A DNA stretch of 64,000 bases from Escherichia coli (GTDB lineage Bacteria; Pseudomonadota; Gammaproteobacteria; Enterobacterales; Enterobacteriaceae), in NCBI RefSeq assembly GCF_044324785.1, contig NZ_CP172127.1, one strand, 5' to 3'. The position numbers and the translations under genes were made by a program. Below are positions 1 through 16,500 of the stretch, in pieces. Under the pieces are notes generated by a model. The model saw only the letters and a program-made list of their open reading frames with translations. It had not been told where the DNA came from and did not search any database. Within the stretch, counting starts at the first letter, position 1. Each line of letters opens with the position of its first letter.

Positions 1-3
1 GAA

Positions 4-27
4 AGCCTCCCAGTGGAGGCTTTTTTT
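4..27 (+). terminator. pheST attenuator terminator (end of pheM leader region): stem AGCCTCC/GGAGGCT followed by a T-run
   Basis: GC-rich hairpin plus TTTTTT seen directly at the window start, about 210 bp upstream of the pheS ATG; position fits the known pheS attenuator. Confidence 0.6.
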
Positions 28-196
28 GTATGCGCGTTTTGAAAAATAAAAAGCCTGTCTCATCAGGCGTAATTGTCGCAGCCAGTCTGGACACGGCCAG
101 CGCGGAGAAACCGGAGCGTATTTAAGTACGTGAGGATTTCGAGCACTGCCCGGGACCAAAATGGCAAGTAAAATAGCCTGATGGGATAGGCTCTAA

Positions 197-1222
<1,026 letters not shown>

Positions 1223-1233
1223 GGCAGGAATAG

Positions 1234-3624
<2,391 letters not shown>

Positions 3625-3628
3625 ACCT

Positions 3629-3928
3629 ATGGCGCTTACAAAAGCTGAAATGTCAGAATATCTGTTTGATAAGCTTGGGCTTAGCAAGCGGGATGCCAAA
3701 GAACTGGTTGAACTGTTTTTCGAAGAGATCCGTCGCGCTCTGGAAAACGGCGAACAGGTGAAACTCTCTGGTTTTGGTAACTTCGATCTGCGTGATAAGA
3801 ATCAACGCCCGGGACGTAACCCGAAAACGGGCGAGGATATTCCCATTACAGCACGGCGCGTGGTGACCTTCAGACCCGGGCAGAAGTTAAAAAGCCGGGT
3901 CGAAAACGCTTCGCCCAAAGACGAGTAA
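3629..3928 (+). CDS. ihfA: integration host factor alpha subunit
   Basis: 99-aa [60 protein letters not shown]; HU/IHF fold signature. Confidence 0.95.
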
Positions 3929-3945
3929 TCTGATCTAACTAAAAA

Positions 3946-3966
3946 GGCCGCTCTGCGGCCTTTTTT
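3946..3966 (+). terminator. rho-independent terminator after ihfA (GGCCGC-tct-GCGGCC then TTTTTT)
   Basis: perfect 6-bp GC stem followed by a T6 run, seen in sequence. Confidence 0.75.
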
Positions 3967-4028
3967 CTTTTCACTGTCGAAGAGTCACCGTAAAATCAAC
4001 GCCATGACACTTCAGCAGAACGGATACC

Positions 4029-5009
4029 ATGCTGACACTTGCCCGCCAACAACAGCGACAAAATATTCGCTGGTTATTATGCCTGTCAGTTTTGATGCTG
4101 CTGGCGCTTCTCTTAAGCCTTTGCGCCGGTGAACAATGGATTTCGCCAGGTGACTGGTTTACTCCTCGTGGCGAACTGTTCGTCTGGCAAATTCGCCTGC
4201 CACGTACGCTGGCTGTATTGCTGGTTGGTGCGGCGCTGGCTATATCCGGCGCAGTAATGCAGGCGTTGTTTGAAAATCCTCTGGCAGAACCTGGACTACT
4301 TGGCGTCTCTAACGGCGCAGGCGTGGGGCTTATCGCCGCGGTATTGCTTGGGCAAGGGCAACTCCCAAACTGGGCACTAGGGCTGTGTGCGATTGCTGGC
4401 GCGCTTATCATCACTTTAATACTCTTACGTTTCGCCCGTCGTCATCTTTCGACCAGTCGGTTATTGCTGGCTGGCGTTGCATTAGGGATTATCTGTAGCG
4501 CACTAATGACGTGGGCTATCTACTTTTCCACCTCTGTTGATTTACGTCAGCTGATGTACTGGATGATGGGCGGTTTTGGCGGCGTAGACTGGCGGCAAAG
4601 CTGGCTGATGCTGGCATTGATCCCCGTGTTGTTGTGGATCTGTTGTCAGTCCAGACCGATGAATATGTTAGCACTTGGCGAGATCTCGGCGCGGCAACTG
4701 GGTTTACCCCTGTGGTTCTGGCGCAATGTGCTGGTGGCAGCGACCGGCTGGATGGTTGGCGTTAGTGTGGCGCTGGCGGGTGCTATCGGCTTTATTGGTC
4801 TGGTGATCCCACATATTCTCCGGCTGTGTGGTTTAACCGATCATCGCGTATTACTTCCCGGCTGCGCGCTGGCAGGGGCGAGCGCATTGCTGCTGGCTGA
4901 TGTTGTAGCACGCCTGGCATTAGCTGCCGCAGAGCTGCCTATTGGCGTGGTCACCGCAACGTTGGGTTCGCCGGTATTTATCTGGTTATTGTTAAAAGCA
5001 GGACGTTAG
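4029..5009 (+). CDS. btuC: vitamin B12 ABC transporter permease
   Basis: 326-aa polytopic membrane ORF; FecCD-type permease, position in btuCED. Confidence 0.93.
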   Translation: MLTLARQQQRQNIRWLLCLSVLMLLALLLSLCAGEQWISPGDWFTPRGELFVWQIRLPRTLAVLLVGAALAISGAVMQALFENPLAEPGLLGVSNGAGVGLIAAVLLGQGQLPNWALGLCAIAGALIITLILLRFARRHLSTSRLLLAGVALGIICSALMTWAIYFSTSVDLRQLMYWMMGGFGGVDWRQSWLMLALIPVLLWICCQSRPMNMLALGEISARQLGLPLWFWRNVLVAATGWMVGVSVALAGAIGFIGLVIPHILRLCGLTDHRVLLPGCALAGASALLLADVVARLALAAAELPIGVVTATLGSPVFIWLLLKAGR

Positions 5010-5071
5010 CCGCAAAAAGACGGTCTATGATTAAAAGCTAAGATTTTTACTGACCACACCCAGGAGAAACG

Positions 5072-5623
5072 ATGCAAGATTCCATTCTGACGACCGTAGT
5101 GAAAGATATCGACGGTGAAGTGACCACGCTGGAGAAGTACGCCGGTAATGTGCTGTTGATTGTCAATGTCGCCTCAAAGTGTGGCTTAACGCCGCAATAT
5201 GAGCAGTTGGAGAATATTCAGAAAGCCTGGGCCGATCGAGGTTTTGTGGTGCTGGGATTCCCGTGCAACCAGTTTCTGGAACAAGAACCGGGCAGCGATG
5301 AAGAGATTAAAACTTACTGTACCACCACATGGGGGGTGACGTTCCCGATGTTCAGTAAGATTGAAGTTAATGGCGAAGGACGCCATCCACTGTATCAAAA
5401 ATTGATTGCCGCAGCGCCGACGGCAGTCGCGCCGGAAGAGAGCGGATTCTATGCCCGTATGGTCAGCAAAGGTCGTGCACCGCTGTACCCTGATGATATT
5501 TTATGGAATTTTGAGAAATTTTTAGTCGGCAGGGACGGATTGGTCATCCAGCGTTTTTCCCCGGATATGACGCCGGAAGCTCCCATTGTGATGGAAAGCA
5601 TTAAACTGGCGTTGGCGAAATAA
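5072..5623 (+). CDS. btuE: glutathione/thioredoxin peroxidase
   Basis: 183-aa ORF with glutathione peroxidase motifs ([19 protein letters not shown]). Confidence 0.93.
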   Translation: MQDSILTTVVKDIDGEVTTLEKYAGNVLLIVNVASKCGLTPQYEQLENIQKAWADRGFVVLGFPCNQFLEQEPGSDEEIKTYCTTTWGVTFPMFSKIEVNGEGRHPLYQKLIAAAPTAVAPEESGFYARMVSKGRAPLYPDDILWNFEKFLVGRDGLVIQRFSPDMTPEAPIVMESIKLALAK

Positions 5624-6372
5624 TGTCTATTGTGATGCAGCTACAGGATGTTGCGGAATCAACCCGCCTTGGGCCGCTTTCTGGCGAGGTTCGGGCTGGG
5701 GAGATCCTGCACCTGGTGGGGCCGAATGGCGCGGGTAAGAGTACCTTACTGGCGCGAATGGCCGGAATGACCAGCGGTAAGGGAAGCATTCAGTTCGCGG
5801 GGCAACCACTGGAAGCATGGTCCGCAACAAAACTCGCGCTGCATCGCGCCTATCTTTCACAACAGCAGACGCCGCCGTTTGCAATGCCGGTCTGGCACTA
5901 CCTGACACTGCATCAGCACGATAAAACGCGTACCGAACTACTGAATGATATCGCAGGGGCGCTGGCTCTTGATGACAAACTCGGACGTAGCACCAATCAA
6001 CTTTCCGGCGGTGAATGGCAACGCGTACGTCTTGCTGCGGTGGTGCTGCAAATCACACCACAAGCCAATCCCGCAGGCCAATTGCTGCTTCTTGATGAGC
6101 CGATGAACAGTCTTGATGTTGCGCAACAAAGTGCGTTAGACAAAATTCTGAGCGTGCTGTGTCAGCAAGGACTGGCGATTGTGATGAGCAGTCACGATCT
6201 CAACCACACATTGCGTCATGCGCATCGGGCGTGGTTGCTAAAAGGTGGAAAAATGCTGGCCAGTGGACGCAGAGAAGAGGTGCTCACGCCGCCAAATCTG
6301 GCGCAGGCCTATGGGATGAATTTTCGCCGTCTGGATATCGAAGGTCACCGAATGCTGATTTCGACCATCTGA
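5623..6372 (+). CDS. btuD: vitamin B12 ABC transporter ATP-binding protein
   Basis: 249-aa ORF with Walker [10 protein letters not shown] and ABC signature LSGGEWQRV; start ATG overlaps the btuE stop (TAATG). Confidence 0.93.
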   Translation: MSIVMQLQDVAESTRLGPLSGEVRAGEILHLVGPNGAGKSTLLARMAGMTSGKGSIQFAGQPLEAWSATKLALHRAYLSQQQTPPFAMPVWHYLTLHQHDKTRTELLNDIAGALALDDKLGRSTNQLSGGEWQRVRLAAVVLQITPQANPAGQLLLLDEPMNSLDVAQQSALDKILSVLCQQGLAIVMSSHDLNHTLRHAHRAWLLKGGKMLASGRREEVLTPPNLAQAYGMNFRRLDIEGHRMLISTI

Positions 6373-6449
6373 TTTCATTAGTATCTTGAAAATCGGGTAA
6401 TTACGACGCTAAATTAATGCAAGAATAAAAAACAGAGGAACCGTACGGA

Positions 6450-6914
6450 ATGCGTTTCTGCCTTATTTTGATCACAGCACTGTTTCTGGCCGGGTGTAGC
6501 CACCATAAAGCACCGCCGCCAAATGCCAGACTTTCTGATTCGATTACCGTTATTGCCGGTTTGAACGACCAGCTACAAAGCTGGCATGGCACGCCGTATC
6601 GTTATGGTGGCATGACGCGGCGCGGTGTGGACTGTTCGGGATTTGTTGTTGTGACGATGCGCGATCGTTTCGATTTGCAGCTGCCCCGTGAAACCAAACA
6701 ACAAGCCTCTATCGGCACGCAAATTGATAAAGACGAGTTGCTGCCTGGTGACCTGGTCTTTTTCAAAACGGGCTCCGGACAAAATGGTTTGCATGTAGGT
6801 ATTTATGATACCAACAACCAATTTATCCACGCCTCTACCAGCAAGGGAGTGATGCGTTCCTCACTCGATAATGTCTATTGGCAGAAAAATTTCTGGCAGG
6901 CGAGACGAATCTAG
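6450..6914 (+). CDS. nlpC: NlpC/P60 family lipoprotein (peptidoglycan endopeptidase-like)
   Basis: 154-aa ORF with lipobox LAGC and NlpC/P60 Cys motif (DCSGFV). Confidence 0.9.
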   Translation: MRFCLILITALFLAGCSHHKAPPPNARLSDSITVIAGLNDQLQSWHGTPYRYGGMTRRGVDCSGFVVVTMRDRFDLQLPRETKQQASIGTQIDKDELLPGDLVFFKTGSGQNGLHVGIYDTNNQFIHASTSKGVMRSSLDNVYWQKNFWQARRI

Positions 6915-7160
6915 TATGTCGAAAAATGGACGGCGATGATACATCTCCGTCCATTTACTCCTGAATACAGTAGTATTTTACAGACAAAAATTCCGTAAAT
7001 GGATTATTCGTTTATAATCAGGATAATCTAATAAAAGGACCCCTGAAAAAGTGGTTAACATGGAACAAATGAAAGTTACTCCTTCTGTAATTGTTATGTC
7101 TTATGGCCTCATCCCTTTTAGCCGGATACTGAAAAACATCCTTCGAGAGGGACGGTTACC

Positions 7161-7874
7161 ATGAAGATTTTTTTGGAGAATCTTTATCATTCTGATTGCT
7201 ATTTCCTGCCGATAAGAGATAACCAGCAAGACCTTGTCGGCGTTGAGTTAATTACCCATTTCTCCAGTGAAGATGGTACGGTTCGTATCCCGACGAGTCG
7301 GGTTATAGCGCAACTTACCGAGGAGCAACATTGGCAATTATTTTCTGAGCAGTTGGAATTGCTAAAATCATGCCAACACTTTTTTATTCAACATAAACTC
7401 TTTGCCTGGCTTAATTTAACCCCACAAGTGGCTACTTTATTATTAGACAGGGATAATTACGCGGGCGAACTATTAAAATATCCGTTTATTGAACTGTTGA
7501 TTAATGAGAATTACCCGCATCTCGATGAAGGAAAAGATAATCGCGATCTTTTTTCCTTATCGCAAATGTATCCCCTTGTGTTAGGTAATTTGGGCGCAGG
7601 CAATAGCACAATGAAAGCGGTTTTTGATGGCCTTTTCACCCGCGTCATGCTGGATAAAAGTTTTATTCAGCAACAAATCACGCATCGCTCCTTCGAACCG
7701 TTTATTCGTGCGATCCAGGCGCAAATTTCCCCATGTTGCAATTGCATCATCGCGGGGGGCATTGATACGCCAGAAATAATGGCACAGATTATCCCCTTTG
7801 ATTTCCATGCTCTCCAGGGATGCCTGTGGCCTGCCGTTCCTGTAAATCAGATAACGACGTTGGTTCAGCGATAA
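7161..7874 (+). CDS. ydiV: degenerate EAL-domain protein, anti-FlhD4C2 factor
   Basis: 237-aa ORF matching YdiV; AT-rich codon usage; position between nlpC and selO. Confidence 0.88.
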   Translation: MKIFLENLYHSDCYFLPIRDNQQDLVGVELITHFSSEDGTVRIPTSRVIAQLTEEQHWQLFSEQLELLKSCQHFFIQHKLFAWLNLTPQVATLLLDRDNYAGELLKYPFIELLINENYPHLDEGKDNRDLFSLSQMYPLVLGNLGAGNSTMKAVFDGLFTRVMLDKSFIQQQITHRSFEPFIRAIQAQISPCCNCIIAGGIDTPEIMAQIIPFDFHALQGCLWPAVPVNQITTLVQR

Positions 7875-7897
7875 CCCTCCTGTTTGCTGGTGTTTAA

Positions 7898-9373
<1,476 letters not shown>

Positions 9374-9376
9374 AGG

Positions 9377-9568
9377 CTACTTGGTCAACAGCAGCTTGCC
9401 AGCCTGAGTTTTACGAAGCAGATATTCTTGCCCGTCATGATCGATAATCAGTTTGCCATCCGGACCTAACAGTGTCTGGCTGGTAATTCGCCGAATGGGC
9501 TGCGGGGAAGCGGTCTTGTGATTGGCATCCGTTTCAGGCGTGAGTTTTCTGCTATCCGTATAACGCAT
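9377..9568 (-). CDS. ydiE: HemP-like small protein
   Basis: ORF track 9377..9595; internal ATG gives the 63-aa [23 protein letters not shown] protein; convergent with selO with a 3-bp gap. Confidence 0.8.
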   Translation of the reverse strand: MRYTDSRKLTPETDANHKTASPQPIRRITSQTLLGPDGKLIIDHDGQEYLLRKTQAGKLLLTK

Positions 9569-9592
9569 AAAAATTAATAATAATTGATATAA

Positions 9593-9612
9593 CAATAATT
9601 CTTATTATCAAT
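9593..9612 (-). promoter_or_regulatory. Fur-box-like AT palindrome upstream of ydiE (CAATAATTCTTATTATCAAT)
   Basis: near-perfect inverted repeat with GATAAT-type hexamers about 25 bp upstream of the ydiE ATG; ydiE/hemP homologues are typically iron-regulated. Confidence 0.5.
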
Positions 9613-9699
9613 ATTCTGGCGGGCCAGAGCAAGCAGTAATTTGTTGAGAAGACAACAAGTTGCGCAGAAATGCCCATTCCGTCAGGAATGGGCACGCAT

Positions 9700-10746
9700 T
9701 CAGAAGCGGGTATCAACCGCAGAGGCGAGTTTTTCGACCAGGCGTTCGGTATCTTCCCAGCCCAGACACGGGTCGGTAATCGATTGACCGTAAGTGAGCG
9801 GCTGACCGCCGACGATTTTTTGCGTTCCTTCGCGCAGGAAACTTTCCGCCATAATTCCAGCAATCGCCGTAGAGCCATTGCGGATTTGCTGACAAATATC
9901 CTCACAAACTTCTAACTGGCGACGGTGCTGCTTCTGGCAGTTACCGTGGCTGAAATCCACCACCAGATGTTCAGGCAAATCAAATTCGTGCAGCGTATCG
10001 CAGGCTGCGGCGATATCATCGGCATGATAATTCGGTTTTTTGCCGCCACGCATAATAATGTGGCCATACGGGTTGCCGCTGGTCTGATAGATGGTCATCT
10101 GACCATTTTTGTCTGGCGAGAGGAACATATGGCTGGCGCGGGCTGCGCGGATAGCATCCACAGCAATCCGCGTGTTGCCATCGGTACCATTTTTAAAACC
10201 TACCGGACAGGAGAGTGCCGAAGCCATTTCACGGTGGATCTGACTTTCGGTAGTACGTGCGCCAATCGCGCCCCAACTGATTAAATCAGCAATAAACTGA
10301 CCGGTCACCATATCGAGGAACTCAGTCGCGGTGGGGACGCCCAGCTCATTTACCTGTAAAAGTAATTTGCGCGCCAGCTCCAGACCGTGATTTACCCGAT
10401 AGCTGCCGTTTAAATCCGGATCGGAGATTAGCCCTTTCCAGCCGACAACAGTTCGTGGTTTTTCAAAATAGGTGCGCATTACGATTTCCAGCCGTGACTG
10501 GTACTGGTTGCGCAGCGACTGCAGACGGGTGGCGTACTCCATTGCAGCGGTGAGATCGTGGATCGAGCAGGGGCCAATAATGACCAACAGTCGCTTATCT
10601 TCACCATTCAGTATTTTTTCAATTCTGCGGCGGGAGTCGGTGACATGGGTGGCGACGCCAGGCGTTACGGGATACCGTAGCGCGAGTTCGGCGGGCGTTA
10701 CCAGGCTCTCAATACGCGCAGTACGGAGTTCGTCAGTTCTGTTCAT
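9700..10746 (-). CDS. aroH: DAHP synthase, Trp-sensitive
   Basis: 348-aa ORF; class I DAHP synthase sequence recognised. Confidence 0.95.
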   Translation of the reverse strand: MNRTDELRTARIESLVTPAELALRYPVTPGVATHVTDSRRRIEKILNGEDKRLLVIIGPCSIHDLTAAMEYATRLQSLRNQYQSRLEIVMRTYFEKPRTVVGWKGLISDPDLNGSYRVNHGLELARKLLLQVNELGVPTATEFLDMVTGQFIADLISWGAIGARTTESQIHREMASALSCPVGFKNGTDGNTRIAVDAIRAARASHMFLSPDKNGQMTIYQTSGNPYGHIIMRGGKKPNYHADDIAAACDTLHEFDLPEHLVVDFSHGNCQKQHRRQLEVCEDICQQIRNGSTAIAGIMAESFLREGTQKIVGGQPLTYGQSITDPCLGWEDTERLVEKLASAVDTRF

Positions 10747-10889
10747 TACAAGTCTCAGAAATTTGTTGCTTCTACGGCAGGACTACCGGGAAGTGATGCG
10801 CATCACGATAAACCAATCGCAGCTGATTTCAAGTGCGAGGTGTGTCACACCTCGCCGGGTGGTTAGCATGATAACAAAAAAACAAGTTA

Positions 10890-10909
10890 ATGCACTAGTT
10901 CTCTAGTAC
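10890..10909 (-). promoter_or_regulatory. TrpR operator of the aroH promoter (GTACTAGAGAACTAGTGCAT on the minus strand)
   Basis: CTAG-containing palindrome matching the TrpR operator half-sites, about 145 bp upstream of the aroH ATG and overlapping the ppsR stop codon. Confidence 0.65.
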
Positions 10910-11736
10910 ATTCGGCGGCTAAGGCCCATGATATCGAGGATCTTGGTGGCAATCTCTTCTACCGAATAATTGGTACTGTTAATCCACGGGATCTGATTTT
11001 TACGGTACAACGCTTCCACTTCCGCGACTTCCATCCTGCACTGACGAAGCGAGGCATAGCGACTGTTCTCCCGACGTTCCTCGCGAATCGCCGCCAGACG
11101 TTCCGGGTCGATAGTCAGGCCGAACAATTTATGCTGAAGCGGTTTGAGCGACGCGGGTAGCACAAGATTATCCATATCGTCGGCAATAAAGGGGTAGTTT
11201 GCCGCGCGGATACCAAACTGCATTGCCAGATACAGACTGGTGGGGGTTTTACCACAGCGAGAAACACCGAGCAGGATCACCTGAGCCTGGTCCAGATTGC
11301 GCAACGAAATGCCGTCATCGTGGGCGAGGGTGTAATCAATCGCCGCAATGCGCGCATCATATTTATTGAGATTATTAGGGTTAAGGCCGTGGGTTCGGTG
11401 AGCAATCGGCGTTGGATCCAGTTTCATCTCTTGTTGTAGCGGGGCAACCAGCGCCTGAACGATATCCTGGCAAAACCCTTCACTTTGCAAGATGATGGCG
11501 CGAATCTCCGGCAATACGATGGAGTAGAAGACCAGCGGGCGCACACCTGTCTGGTGATAAATTGCGTCAATCTGATCCTTCACTGCCCGTGCACGGCTCT
11601 CATTTTCGACAAACGGCAGCGTAATGCTGCTGATAGTGACGGGAAATTGTGACATTACTGCGTGTCCTAATACCTCCGCAGTTATTGCCGTACCATCAGA
11701 AATATAAAAAACGTGGCGATCAACAGCATTATCCAT
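10903..11736 (-). CDS. ppsR: PEP synthetase regulatory protein (bifunctional kinase/pyrophosphorylase)
   Basis: 277-aa ORF with P-loop GVSRCGKT; divergent from ppsA. Confidence 0.92.
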
Positions 11737-11966
11737 TTTGTTCTTCCCGTGATGCAGACATAATTCTATGAAAGCATAAATTAAAAACGCACAGAAGCGT
11801 AGAATGTTATGTCTGGTTTATAAAATGAACCTTCAATTTTATTATTTATGAAAACAGCATTTCATTTTTATGGTTTCGTTTATACCGATGGTTTATGTGG
11901 AAATTGTCGAATAAAGCAGGTTTGCGCAACGCTGGGATCAGTCTTAAAAAGTAAAAAAATATATTT

Positions 11967-11980
11967 GCTTGAACGATTCA
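11967..11980 (+). promoter_or_regulatory. Cra (FruR)-box-like site in the ppsA promoter (GCTTGAACGATTCA)
   Basis: matches the TGAA-CG-TTCA Cra half-site arrangement about 90 bp upstream of the ppsA ATG; ppsA is a classical Cra-activated gene. Confidence 0.5.
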
Positions 11981-12068
11981 CCGTTTTTTTCATCCGGTTA
12001 AATATGCAAAGATAAATGCGCAGAAATGTGTTTCTCAAACCGTTCATTTATCACAAAAGGATTGTTCG

Positions 12069-14447
12069 ATGTCCAACAATGGCTCGTCACCGCTGGTGCT
12101 TTGGTATAACCAACTCGGCATGAATGATGTAGACAGGGTTGGGGGCAAAAATGCCTCCCTGGGTGAAATGATTACTAACCTTTCCGGAATGGGTGTTTCC
12201 GTTCCGAATGGTTTTGCCACAACCGCCGACGCGTTTAACCAGTTTCTGGACCAAAGCGGCGTAAACCAGCGCATTTATGAACTGCTGGATAAAACGGATA
12301 TTGACGATGTTACCCAGCTTGCGAAAGCGGGCGCGCAAATCCGCCAGTGGATTATCGACACTCCCTTCCAGCCTGAGCTGGAAAACGCCATCCGCGAAGC
12401 CTATGCACAGCTTTCCGCCGATGACGAAAACGCCTCGTTTGCGGTGCGTTCCTCCGCTACTGCAGAAGATATGCCGGACGCTTCTTTTGCCGGTCAGCAG
12501 GAAACTTTCCTCAACGTTCAGGGTTTTGACGCCGTTCTCGTGGCTGTGAAACATGTATTTGCTTCTCTGTTTAACGATCGCGCCATCTCTTATCGTGTGC
12601 ACCAGGGTTACGATCACCGTGGCGTGGCGCTCTCCGCCGGTGTTCAGCGGATGGTGCGCTCCGACCTCGCATCTTCTGGCGTGATGTTCTCCATTGATAC
12701 CGAATCCGGCTTTGACCAGGTGGTGTTTATCACTTCCGCATGGGGCCTTGGTGAAATGGTCGTGCAGGGTGCGGTTAACCCGGATGAGTTTTACGTGCAC
12801 AAACCGACACTGGCGGCGAATCGCCCGGCTATCGTGCGCCGCACCATGGGGTCGAAAAAAATCCGCATGGTCTACGCGCCGACCCAGGAGCACGGCAAGC
12901 AGGTTAAAATCGAAGACGTACCGCAGGAACAGCGTGACATCTTCTCGCTGACCAACGAAGAAGTGCAGGAACTGGCAAAACAGGCCGTACAAATTGAGAA
13001 ACACTACGGTCGCCCGATGGATATTGAGTGGGCGAAAGATGGCCACACCGGTAAACTGTTCATTGTGCAGGCGCGTCCGGAAACCGTGCGCTCACGCGGT
13101 CAGGTCATGGAGCGTTATACGCTGCATTCACAGGGTAAGATTATCGCCGAAGGCCGTGCTATCGGTCATCGCATCGGTGCGGGTCCGGTGAAAGTCATCC
13201 ATGACATCAGCGAAATGAACCGCATCGAACCTGGAGACGTGCTGGTCACTGACATGACCGACCCGGACTGGGAACCGATCATGAAGAAAGCATCTGCCAT
13301 CGTCACCAACCGTGGCGGTCGTACCTGTCACGCGGCGATCATCGCTCGTGAACTGGGTATTCCGGCGGTAGTGGGCTGTGGTGATGCAACAGAACGGATG
13401 AAAGACGGTGAGAACGTCACTGTTTCTTGTGCCGAAGGTGATACCGGTTACGTCTATGCGGAGTTGCTGGAATTTAGCGTGAAAAGCTCCAGCGTAGAAA
13501 CGATGCCGGATCTGCCGTTGAAGGTGATGATGAACGTCGGTAACCCGGACCGTGCTTTCGACTTCGCCTGCCTGCCGAACGAAGGCGTGGGCCTTGCACG
13601 TCTGGAATTTATCATCAACCGTATGATTGGCGTCCACCCACGCGCACTGCTTGAGTTTGACGATCAGGAACCGCAGTTGCAAAACGAAATCCGCGAGATG
13701 ATGAAAGGTTTTGATTCTCCGCGTGAATTTTACGTTGGGCGTTTGACTGAAGGGATCGCGACGCTGGGTGCCGCGTTTTATCCGAAGCGCGTCATTGTCC
13801 GTCTCTCTGATTTTAAATCGAACGAATATGCCAACCTGGTCGGTGGTGAGCGTTACGAGCCAGATGAAGAGAACCCGATGCTCGGCTTCCGTGGCGCGGG
13901 CCGCTATGTTTCCGACAGCTTCCGCGACTGCTTCGCGCTGGAGTGTGAAGCAGTGAAACGTGTGCGCAACGACATGGGGCTGACCAACGTTGAGATCATG
14001 ATCCCGTTCGTGCGTACCGTAGATCAGGCGAAAGCGGTGGTTGACGAACTGGCGCGTCAGGGGCTGAAACGTGGTGAGAACGGGCTGAAAATCATCATGA
14101 TGTGTGAAATTCCGTCCAACGCCTTGCTGGCAGAGCAGTTCCTCGAATATTTCGACGGCTTCTCAATTGGCTCAAACGACATGACACAGCTGGCGCTCGG
14201 TCTGGACCGTGACTCCGGCGTGGTGTCTGAACTGTTCGATGAGCGCAACGATGCGGTGAAAGCACTGCTGTCGATGGCGATTCGTGCCGCGAAGAAACAG
14301 GGCAAATATGTCGGGATTTGCGGTCAGGGTCCGTCCGACCACGAAGACTTTGCCGCATGGTTGATGGAAGAGGGGATCGATAGCCTGTCTCTGAACCCGG
14401 ATACTGTGGTGCAAACGTGGTTAAGCCTGGCTGAACTGAAGAAATAA
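12069..14447 (+). CDS. ppsA: phosphoenolpyruvate synthase
   Basis: 792-aa ORF; PEP-utilising enzyme domains including the phosphohistidine region ([17 protein letters not shown]). Confidence 0.96.
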   Translation: MSNNGSSPLVLWYNQLGMNDVDRVGGKNASLGEMITNLSGMGVSVPNGFATTADAFNQFLDQSGVNQRIYELLDKTDIDDVTQLAKAGAQIRQWIIDTPFQPELENAIREAYAQLSADDENASFAVRSSATAEDMPDASFAGQQETFLNVQGFDAVLVAVKHVFASLFNDRAISYRVHQGYDHRGVALSAGVQRMVRSDLASSGVMFSIDTESGFDQVVFITSAWGLGEMVVQGAVNPDEFYVHKPTLAANRPAIVRRTMGSKKIRMVYAPTQEHGKQVKIEDVPQEQRDIFSLTNEEVQELAKQAVQIEKHYGRPMDIEWAKDGHTGKLFIVQARPETVRSRGQVMERYTLHSQGKIIAEGRAIGHRIGAGPVKVIHDISEMNRIEPGDVLVTDMTDPDWEPIMKKASAIVTNRGGRTCHAAIIARELGIPAVVGCGDATERMKDGENVTVSCAEGDTGYVYAELLEFSVKSSSVETMPDLPLKVMMNVGNPDRAFDFACLPNEGVGLARLEFIINRMIGVHPRALLEFDDQEPQLQNEIREMMKGFDSPREFYVGRLTEGIATLGAAFYPKRVIVRLSDFKSNEYANLVGGERYEPDEENPMLGFRGAGRYVSDSFRDCFALECEAVKRVRNDMGLTNVEIMIPFVRTVDQAKAVVDELARQGLKRGENGLKIIMMCEIPSNALLAEQFLEYFDGFSIGSNDMTQLALGLDRDSGVVSELFDERNDAVKALLSMAIRAAKKQGKYVGICGQGPSDHEDFAAWLMEEGIDSLSLNPDTVVQTWLSLAELKK

Positions 14448-14454
14448 AATAAAT

Positions 14455-14479
14455 CCCCGGCGGCGTTTTGTCGCCGGGT
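14455..14479. terminator. bidirectional terminator between convergent ppsA and fadK (CCCGGCG-loop-CGCCGGG)
   Basis: GC stem flanked by A/T-rich runs on both sides, seen in sequence. Confidence 0.65.
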
Positions 14480-14503
14480 TTATGTGATCCCCGAAGATGA
14501 AAC

Positions 14504-16150
14504 TTATTCAATCTCTTCACAGACATCCTGAGTTAATCGCCGCATAATATCTTTCCTTAACAAAAACTTTTGTATTTTACCTGAGGCTGTGCGCGGTAGT
14601 TTTTCGATTACCACGATATGTTCAGGATATTTATATTTCGCGACCCGTTTACGGCTAAAAAATGCCACCACCTCTTCCAGCGATAATGAATGATGCGGCG
14701 CTTTCAGCACGACATAAGCGCATGAACGTTCACCTAAGCGTTCATCGGGCATTGCAACCACACAAGCATCGTGAATTTTAGGATGCTGTAATAAAATATC
14801 TTCCACTTCACGGCTGCTAATATTTTCGCCGCCGCGGACAATAATATCTTTCTTGCGCCCGGTTATTTTTATATAGCCAGCCTCATCCATGCGGCAGAGA
14901 TCGCCGCTGTAATACCAGCCTTCTTCATCCAGCGCACGGGCGGTTAATTCAGGTTCATCAAAATACCCCATAAACACATTGGGGCCACGCGAGGCTTCTT
15001 CACCTTCGTAACCTGGCGGTAAGGTCTTGCGTGCGTCATCGACCACTTTAATCTCAACTCCTGCGGCAGCGTAACCATCGGTGTGCATAAAGCGCGATAA
15101 AGGATCGTCGAGATTCACCACTGCGTGCGGCGAACTTTCTGTGGAACCATAAACACTTAATAATTTAATGCCGCGCTGCTGGCATTCACGCGCCACTTTT
15201 TTGGGGATTGTGGTCCCGCCGCAAAGAAAGAAGCGCAGCGCTGAAAGGTCTGCGGGTTGTTTCTCCAGTAAATTCAAAAGATCATAGACAAACGGCGTTG
15301 CGCCGAGCATACAGGTGCAACGCTGCTGCTCAAGCAGCGCGAGACACGCATCAGGAGTGAAAATATCTAACAACACGCTGCGAGCGCCAATTAAGAATGG
15401 TGCCGTTACGCCATGCAGAAAGCCCGTTGCATGACCAAGTGGCGCAGGCATCATAAAGACATCCTGCCAGGTCAGATTCAACCGCGCGCAATAAGCCCGC
15501 TCACTGGCGAGAATATTGTTATGCGTTAGCATCACGCCCTTTGGCAGACCCTCGGTTCCGGAGGTAAACAGCACCGCGGCTAATTCATCGCCGTGGACCG
15601 TTATCGCCGTGGTCAGAGGAGTATTGTCGGCGATAATCTGACTTAATGAGAGGGAAGAGGTGGCGGGAGCCAGTTTGTCCACGCCGACAATTTGTTGTAG
15701 TTGTGGAAGCTGATTTTGCAGCGGCAGGATTAAATCTACCGGACGCGTTTGTTTAAACAACGTCGGAGCAAAGAACATTTTTGCCTGACACTTATTGAGC
15801 ACCCATACCAGTTCTGCTTCCCGCCAGGAAGGCAACAGCGGTACGGAAACCGCACCGATTTTCAGGCAGGCAAGATAGATAACGGTAAATTCACACCAGC
15901 CAGGCAGTTGAAATGCGATGCGATCGCCTGATTCAATACCCTTCGCTAACATCCAGTTTGCCAGACAGCTCGCGGCGTGATCGAGCGCGCTATAGGTGTA
16001 CGATGCTCCATGATTATCGACCACGGCAATTTTGTCTGGCATCGCACGAGCGGTCTGCTGCCAGTAATCGGCCAGCGAAGCATCGCCCCATAGCCCTTGC
16101 TGACGATACGCCGCACGACGTTGTTCGTTAAACGTTAATGTCACTTTCAT
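14504..16150 (-). CDS. fadK: short-chain acyl-CoA synthetase (anaerobic)
   Basis: ORF track 14504..16204; internal ATG gives the 548-aa MKVTLTFNEQ protein; AMP-binding motifs (TSGTEGLPKG). Confidence 0.88.
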   Translation of the reverse strand: MKVTLTFNEQRRAAYRQQGLWGDASLADYWQQTARAMPDKIAVVDNHGASYTYSALDHAASCLANWMLAKGIESGDRIAFQLPGWCEFTVIYLACLKIGAVSVPLLPSWREAELVWVLNKCQAKMFFAPTLFKQTRPVDLILPLQNQLPQLQQIVGVDKLAPATSSLSLSQIIADNTPLTTAITVHGDELAAVLFTSGTEGLPKGVMLTHNNILASERAYCARLNLTWQDVFMMPAPLGHATGFLHGVTAPFLIGARSVLLDIFTPDACLALLEQQRCTCMLGATPFVYDLLNLLEKQPADLSALRFFLCGGTTIPKKVARECQQRGIKLLSVYGSTESSPHAVVNLDDPLSRFMHTDGYAAAGVEIKVVDDARKTLPPGYEGEEASRGPNVFMGYFDEPELTARALDEEGWYYSGDLCRMDEAGYIKITGRKKDIIVRGGENISSREVEDILLQHPKIHDACVVAMPDERLGERSCAYVVLKAPHHSLSLEEVVAFFSRKRVAKYKYPEHIVVIEKLPRTASGKIQKFLLRKDIMRRLTQDVCEEIE

Positions 16151-16206
16151 TTTGGACTCTCGAGACAGAACATCAGGCCCGAGATGCGGGCCTGTGGGAT
16201 GCATGA

Positions 16207-16500
16207 TTAGCCGTAGCGAAAATCAATACCGAAGGTGCCTGCGGGATATTGCCACTGTTCGAGAATAGTGTTGCCGCACAGCACCCGACAGGTGCCGCAC
16301 TCCAGACAACCGGCGGAATCGAAATGAATATTTCCTGCGTCATCCTGCTTATAAAGTCCGGCAGGGCAGGCTTTCATTAATTTACGGAATTCATTGATAT
16401 CGGGATTTGCCGCCAGAATGATATGCGGATGGCCCTCATCAACATGGAATTTATTGACGCCTAATTTGATGTCGACGTTAACCGTAGCGTTCTGGCTCAT
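16207..16500 (-). CDS. ydiT: ferredoxin-like protein (FixX-like)
   Basis: 97-aa ORF with a Cys cluster (CLECGTCRVLC). Confidence 0.88.
   Translation of the reverse strand: MSQNATVNVDIKLGVNKFHVDEGHPHIILAANPDINEFRKLMKACPAGLYKQDDAGNIHFDSAGCLECGTCRVLCGNTILEQWQYPAGTFGIDFRYG

Noticed and set aside
9552-9905. 117-aa minus-strand ORF spanning the ydiE promoter and aroH 3' end
   Set aside because: Overlaps the aroH coding region in another frame and the ydiE Fur-box region; no support as a real gene.
12087-13046. 319-aa antisense ORF inside ppsA
   Set aside because: Shadow ORF opposite a conserved gene; no ribosome-binding site context and no recognisable protein family.
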